Source: Dimargaris cristalligena (taxonomy: Eukaryota). From it: a DNA stretch of 56,258 bases. The stretch spans positions 1-56,258 of the forward strand of contig ML002257.1 of NCBI GenBank assembly GCA_003614675.1. Reading direction: 5' to 3'. This document shows positions 49,455 through 56,258 of this stretch, in pieces. Position 1 is the stretch's first letter. Every line of letters begins with the position of its first letter. The position numbers and the translations under genes are program-made. Below the pieces are notes generated by a model. The model searched no databases. It was not told where the DNA came from and worked only from the letters and a program-made list of their open reading frames with translations.

Positions 49455-49837
49455 GTTACAGGTTCGCAAAATTAGCGGGATGAACGGGTCTACTACAGGT
49501 TAGCCAAAGCGGGTCGACGCACGTTGCTACTGACGAATAAATGCGGCGGTCTACGTGTATTTAGCAGTAGTAGGTGTATTGGAAGCAATTCAAGTTGATA
49601 AAGTACAAAACCCCGGGTGACCTCGGTTTCCAGTATAACGAGGGGGGAGGCGCTGTGGAGTCTACGAGTGGCGTAAACGCGGGCTAAGGAAAGCGGCTTG
49701 TCCAGCCAGTTTTGGTGCTGCCTCTCTCACCCGCTCTCCACCAACCTCATTAACCAAATAACGCCCTCACAGAGCTGCCTGCTATTCGTTAGGATACACC
49801 CCGCTCCATTATTGTGGGAGGGGAAAAAGGGGATACG

Positions 49838-49847
49838 GTCACGTGAT
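49838..49847. promoter_or_regulatory. E-box GTCACGTGAT in the divergent Rsm1-like/SRP101 intergenic region
   Basis: Matches the RTCACGTG (Cbf1-type) consensus. Confidence 0.4.
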
Positions 49848-50690
49848 GGTTCACATTTGGGGAATGCTAGAGGATGTTGCATTTTGGCCATCAAAGAGTG
49901 TGCAGATCGATCCTGTAAATGTGGGTGTTAAATCCACGAGGGCCGGGTGCTAGCATTTTGCCATATAATAATGGACGAGTCACTGAGGCTTAGATTTTTT
50001 GAACTTAGTCAGCCGCTATTCTATAAACAAATTACCATTAGTTTTCAGTAATTGCATATTTCTACAGTGCAAGGGTCGAAAATACGAGGTTGCTTGAGAC
50101 AAGTGCTATTGTCTCTCTCGTCGTTTTACTATAGTAACCCTAAACTGCTGGGTTGACTTAGGTATTTGAATATAATTGATGAAATCGCATGCTAATATCG
50201 CGTAGTATAGGCCCTTGTCTGACAATATCTCGAATATTGTCATCTATTCAAATCCAAGCATAGGAATGGGTCCTGTAACTATGGTCAATGTCCTCTTCGG
50301 GTGCCCATAGATGTAAAAGGAGTACCAAGGCATCAGTTACTGGCCATAGGGTGCCGTATCCAGCGGGTCCAGCTACGCCTTACCCAGTAGCTGGGAAATA
50401 TTGTATATCTGTCGTCTATTTCATCAAGTCCAGTCGACTTGATCCACAAAGTAAAAAATGGCCCGGATGGGGCAATAAATCGACCCATTTAGTCCGATTA
50501 GGACAATCAATGTTAAAAAGTACTTATAGCTTCCACAGCAACAGAGGGATGGGCCAATCTGATGACTGAGCAATGCGGACCCTGACACTCCCCCCAGCCA
50601 AACCGGCCCGCCACCTCATCCATCCATGGTTCCTCTACGTGCTTTAGTTTTATTCATTAATTTACCCTTCTAGACCCTACACTAGTCGCC

Positions 50691-53625
50691 ATGCTCGACT
50701 TATTCACTATTCTTACACGCGGCGGAGTCGTCGTATGGTCAAAGACCTTCGCGCCCATCCAAGGGAATCCCATCAACAACCTCATTGACCAGGTCCTCAT
50801 CGGCGAACATGGCTATTCCGATAAGCAGCGTTACACCACCGGTCCCTACGAATTGCAATGGGCCACAGCGAATGACTACAATTTGGTTTTTGTGGTAAGT
50901 ACGAGGTCTAAATGGTCCCCTCTCCCTCGATTTGGAGTTGATAGGTGAATACGGACCACTAGTATTCAGCGTCAAACCAGAAATATTTCTATATTTATGT
51001 TCTAGTGTAATCGAAGAAAGGCGCTGTTCTGCCCCCCCCCAAGGCAGTCGAATTTACAAGCCCCAACTTTTGAGTTATTGTTTAACGCTACTGTCTTGGA
51101 ATGCTAATACCATGGAATTTGCTTTTGGTGTATTTACAATCGCCCAGACGGCCTTTCAAAAAGTGCTTCAACTTACTTATATTCACGAGCTTCTTCAGAT
51201 CGTTAAGCAGAAGTTCTGCTCCCTATACGGTGAACGTATCCAAAGCCACGACTGGTCTGCCATTGACTTTGACTCGGAATTTCTTGATGTTCTCGATGCG
51301 CTCGAATCCCAAAGTGAAAAGGTAATTACTTGCTCTCTGCTACGGAATTGCAGATAAGTGTGCCGAAATCGAAGTGATTCCACCCCCCTAACTTATATTA
51401 CCTTCGTGATTCGGACTACATAATTGAGTATCGTCCCTAATCCGGGTATATTATCGTGTTTAATATTGATATATATTGTTTTTGAAGCAGCGCGGAGTTC
51501 CCCAAAAAACCCAGGCCAATGGGGCCCTTCCCCATGTTCGGGGCAATACAGATGGCTCTTTTGAGCCATCAGTAGGCAATTCCAGTCCTCAGAATTCACC
51601 TCGAATCCCACGCTACCTCCGGAAACAGGGATTAAAAGTTAAGGCTGAATCGCCCTCATCCAAAAAGTAAGGAATTGCCCAGCTATTTAATAGGCGGGAC
51701 TGTTGCTATTAATTCTTTCTAAACCGATGCTCCTACGGTTCCTTAATATACCTACCATCGATGTTTAACTGATTTTTCCTAACCGCCCTGGCCCGCCACT
51801 TCGTCTTATCCATATTTTCTCGATTCACCCCTAGATCCACCACTAAAAAAGAGAAACGGGTATGGGATGATTCCAAAATTACCTCCGAACGAATGAAGGA
51901 GTTTGACTATAGCGGGACAGCAGACGAAGTTTCCACTGGTGACCAGCTCGACCATCTCGTCGATTCCACTGCCATGGGTCAGCGGTCTGCCGACGGCCAA
52001 TACTCTGTTCAAGACTTGGAACGGCCATCTCAAAGTGACGACGACGAGGACGACGACACCGATGGGAACCAGCCTGCCACCTCTGCCACGGGGCGGCTCG
52101 TCTCCTTCTTCCAATCCTTGACTGGTCGCAAAGCCCTCCAAGAATCCGATCTCACGCCGGTCATGGAGCGAATGCGGGAACATCTGATGGCCAAAAATGT
52201 AGCCAGTGATATCGCTGACCACATTTGCTCGTCGGTCGGCCAATCCTTACTCAGCATGCCGGCCTCGGCCCTGGGCGGAACCGGGATGTTCTCGAGTACT
52301 CAGAAGGCCGTTCGGTCGGCCATGGAAACGACACTACAGCGGATTCTGACCCCCCATACCCCCGTCGATTTGCTGCGCGATATTGAAAGCGCCCGGATTT
52401 CCAATCGGCCCTATAGCATCGTGTTTGTAGGGGTCAATGGCGTGGGTAAATCGACTAATTTGTCCAAGGTATGCTTCTGGCTGCTGCAAAATAAACTCAA
52501 GGTACTGATTGCCGCCTGCGATACCTTCCGGTCGGGGGCGGTTGAACAGCTACGGGTCCACGCTCACAACTTAAAGGCCCTGTCGGATAACGCGGTGGTG
52601 GATATTTTTGAACGCGGCTATGGCAAGGATTCCGCCGGGATTGCGAAGGATGCCATCACTTACGGTAAGTATATATTTAAGGAATTACATCCTGTATCCT
52701 CTATTATCCATATATTAAGCCGACTAGAAATAGGCGCCATGTTGAGTAGCACATGGTTGAACGATTGCTTTTTCATGATGCCTAATCAAATATATATTCT
52801 ATCTCAATGCACCATCGCCCACCCCCCTTCCCTACAGCCAAAAACAATCAATATGATGTGGTGCTAGTCGATACTGCGGGCCGAATGCAAGATAACGAGC
52901 CCTTGATGAGAGCACTGGCCAAGGTCAGTATTTATTTTTATACATATTCTTTCAATGCATTTTATCCACAGCCCCACTTCAGTTGAATGAGGGGACTCCG
53001 AGCCTCCTTGCTAAGGTCTGGTTTGTTTATTTTATTTCCGCATTTATCTAAACCAATTTCAAAATGCATCCCCTCCAACCTAATCCATCTCGTAAAATTG
53101 CCTCCTCTGCCAACAGTTGGTCAGCGTCAATGACCCAGATAAGATCATCTTTGTAGGCGAAGCCCTCGTGGGGAACGAGGCAGTAGATCAACTCAAAAAG
53201 TTCAACCAAGCCCTCAAGGACTTTTCGGGCCTGGCCCGTCCACGCCACATTGATGGCATTATTCTCACCAAGTTTGACACAATCGACGATAAGGTACGTT
53301 AACAGTTCCAATGTATTGGAGCATTTCTGAAATTCGACCTCCGAGATTGTAAATTGGGCTTGATTCTTAATTCTTAAACGAAGTAGCTCCAAGCCGGGTT
53401 CTTTTCGCTAAGGGGTATCCAACCGTTTCATCACCCACCACTAATCCCCCCTCCTCCTGTTTTGACTCTTGGTGCGAATTAATTGTAAATTAATAGGTTG
53501 GTGCCGCACTGTCCATGACCTACACCACCGGTCAGCCTATCCTCTTCGTCGGGACGGGGCAAACGTATACTGATCTGAAAAATATGAAGATTAGCCATGT
53601 TGTGCAATCTCTCCTTAGCAACTAA
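50691..53625 (+). CDS. SRP101: Signal recognition particle receptor alpha subunit
   Basis: Exons 50691-50894, 51148-51321, 51488/51491-51666, 51835-52664, 52838-52923, 53117-53293 and 53497-53625. Longin-type N-terminus [16 protein letters not shown], then [31 protein letters not shown] and GTGQTYTDL. Confidence 0.96.
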
Positions 53626-54189
53626 ACTTCCGAATATGAGGCAGTAAGGACTGATTCCAAGTTTTTTTTTATTATGGTATTAAGCCGACCCCCCCCCCCT
53701 CTCTCCTTCCTCATATGCAAGTAAATATAATGTTATGCCTACATACTCTAAAATTGAGTGCTGTGAATGACAAATAAATAGGTCGTTAGTTGACATTTGG
53801 TTTTGAAATATAGTGTTCTCATTCGCACAAGTCTACTAGCCACACAATGTATATATCGGATGATTTGGGGGATACCAATGAGATCGGCATTACTGGTTTA
53901 AACCAAATATTCCGCCTATTTTCTTATATATATCCCAGTTACTACTTTTTATATCTTTGCCATTTGAGTCGAACTTTGTCCAAATGGGAAAGGCTCATAC
54001 ATGGTGTATAACAAAAAATGCATTGGACAATGTCAATATTATTAGTTACAAATACATACCTTGTCCATTTCCCTCTATGAATACCATTAAAATCTTCATA
54101 AAGCTGAACTGAATTTCTCATACCAACTCAACAATTGCAATTCAACAAAACTATGAAGGTCATAATGGGCATAACTAATGAAAACGTAA

Positions 54190-56258
54190 TGCAAGTTATT
54201 AGTATTAATTTGTATTATATAAAATACAAAGGAACTATTGTGATATAGCCAAGTGGCCATAGTTAGTAATTAACATTGTTGTATTTACTTTTCCTATTTA
54301 ATCAAAGCCATCATCCATATTTAGGTGGTTAGTCAAAGAATTGATGCTACTAGCCTAAGTTTTCCCTTTTATAAGTTGTTATTATTATACAGTGATTATT
54401 TATTAATATCTGATTAGATTATTATCCCAAGTATTACATTTATACCTTGCTGTACTCTATTAAATGATTATCAGCTATTCCTTTAGCCTATAATAAGTTT
54501 ATTAATACCTTTTACATCTTTATTTTTGTTATACCAATGGGTATAACTTTAGCCCTAACTAATTATTAGTTTGAGTATCTTTTTAATATTATTATTTTTA
54601 TTATACTAATGAGTTATCAGCCCTCCTAATCTGACCTAAATCCAGACTTAATGATTGTCCACCCTTATTAGGCCTTATAACACCATATTAACCCTCCCAT
54701 AGTTACCCCCAGTACTATAAAATCATCATTTATTATATAACCCTTCTCCTTCTAGCCACAACACTTCACACAAAACACTCCACCTATTGATCCAAAGACT
54801 CTTCCAGTCCCCAAGAGAGTCTTCCTGATATAAAACCAATCTGGTCAGTCTATTTATCTATACCGTAGTTTAATAGTATCTCCCCTTAGTACCTCCCTCT
54901 GGAGCTGTCCCTACATATATATAACTAAGCCCCATTGGGACCAGTTAGTTTCCTTAGCTTATTCATATCCCCCAGTTTACCTCAATAAACTCTATATATG
55001 CTCACCCCCTCATACTAACTAGTAAGTGTGTCTGCTGCATATCCCTTGCATAATCCCATCACCTAAGCCTTTATTGGTTAGTACTGTGCCCCCATCCTAA
55101 TGCTAGTAGCCTGCTTGGCCGAGTCTAAGCCCCACCTACTGTTAGAAGCCTATCCTTGGGACTCTTAATGGGCTAAGAGTGGTTAACCCAGGTAACATGA
55201 GTATAATCCTTTTTATTTATCCAATTAGTTTGAAGTCTCTCTTTTTCACTATTGTTTTGGTGATACTAATGGGTGGTTTACTATATATAACTAATGATAT
55301 AAATTGAAGACCCTTATCTTTACTTTTGTTTTAGTTATACAAATGGGTCTAAACTTTTTATTATCTTTTAATATTAGTCTGAATTTAGTTCTTTAGTCCT
55401 TAGCATGTATCATTTTATAATCCCTGAGTTTTAGTATAAATACTTAGTGAAATATCTTATAAATAAACACAACTTTTTAGTCAAGGCTAAAGAACTTACC
55501 TAGTAGCACTTCTGCAGAAGTTTCATTATGCTTTAGTTATTATCAAGTACCTAAGGGTATAATTTCTTTTATATTTTTATTTTATTACTATTTATGTTAT
55601 CCAAGATCATAACAACATATTGTGCCACCTCCCCAAGAACCACAAACTTTGGCAATACCAATTCCCAGGCCCAGGGCACCAGGACGTCCTCAGGACCAGT
55701 CTGGTGATTCCCCCAGTCATCCTGCAAAAATCCCCAACCTGTAAGTACCAAATGTTCCCATGACCTCCCCAGTAGCTAAGCCACTGAGTTTATTAGAACA
55801 AACTTGTTCAGAACTCAATTGAAACCAGCAATGCCACCGACATCCCCAATGTTCCTAGCCAACCACATTAAGTGACCCAGGGCCACTGGTGGTTATCCCA
55901 ACAATGGTTTCAAGACCAACTACTGCTTTCCATCACCACTGAATACCCTAACCCCTTGATTTATTTCCCAACATATAAATAAGGGGGTAATCATCCATCA
56001 CTAATAAAGCAGACTTTTAACACCCTGTTTCTTGCCTTTGAGATAACTAATTCTTTTACTGATTTTTACTATACATTTATTACTATTTAAACTTTCATTT
56101 TTAGTATTCTCCTGCTATTGCACAACAACATATGTTGTGGTGTGGCAGAGCGACTATAAACTAATAGGTGTGAATGCCTTATAATCAAAGAGATAGTAAA
56201 GTTGAACCTTAAGAATAACTAAGACAACTGTAGGCAAAACTGCTGGTACAGTTCAGAA
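54190..56258. other. AT-rich, CpG-depleted degenerate sequence (decayed repeat or pseudogene)
   Basis: About five CpG in about 2.07 kb by manual count, abundant TpA, and no intact long ORF. It runs off the window end. Confidence 0.65.

Noticed and set aside
52694-52702. GTATCCTCT resembling a U12 donor in SRP101 intron 4
   Set aside because: Using it breaks the reading frame. The upstream GTAAGT donor at 52665 gives the conserved protein.

Overview
Eukaryotic, intron-rich fungal DNA (GT-AG introns mostly about 130-400 nt, CTAAC-type branch sites, GC-rich exons). It most resembles an early-diverging fungus, possibly a Dimargaris-like zoopagomycete, but that assignment is inference only. Two dense housekeeping blocks flank a gene-sparse middle. 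Left block (1.5-17 kb): HAS1, MAK16, proteasome alpha5, an Ntr2/GCFC2-like factor, DIB1 and DHX35. Middle (17-37 kb): a White Collar-2-like PAS/GATA factor, a secreted orphan protein and a secreted GH18 chitinase. Right block (37-53.6 kb): tRNA-Leu(AAG), vezatin, NOC2, CWF19L1/Drn1, Rsm1/NIPA and SRP receptor alpha. Exon structures were built by hand and keep the reading frame. The best non-gene signals are three. (1) A 136-bp MITE in three copies with GGG...CCC/CCT terminal inverted repeats and 4-bp AWWT target duplications (Sola1-like). (2) A nearly CpG-free last 2 kb that may hold a decayed secreted-protein gene. (3) A recurring RTCAYRTGAY E-box upstream of several RNA-biogenesis genes. I found no clearly novel multi-gene system. 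The spliceosome-factor trio and the WC-2/orphan/chitinase neighbourhood are hypotheses only.
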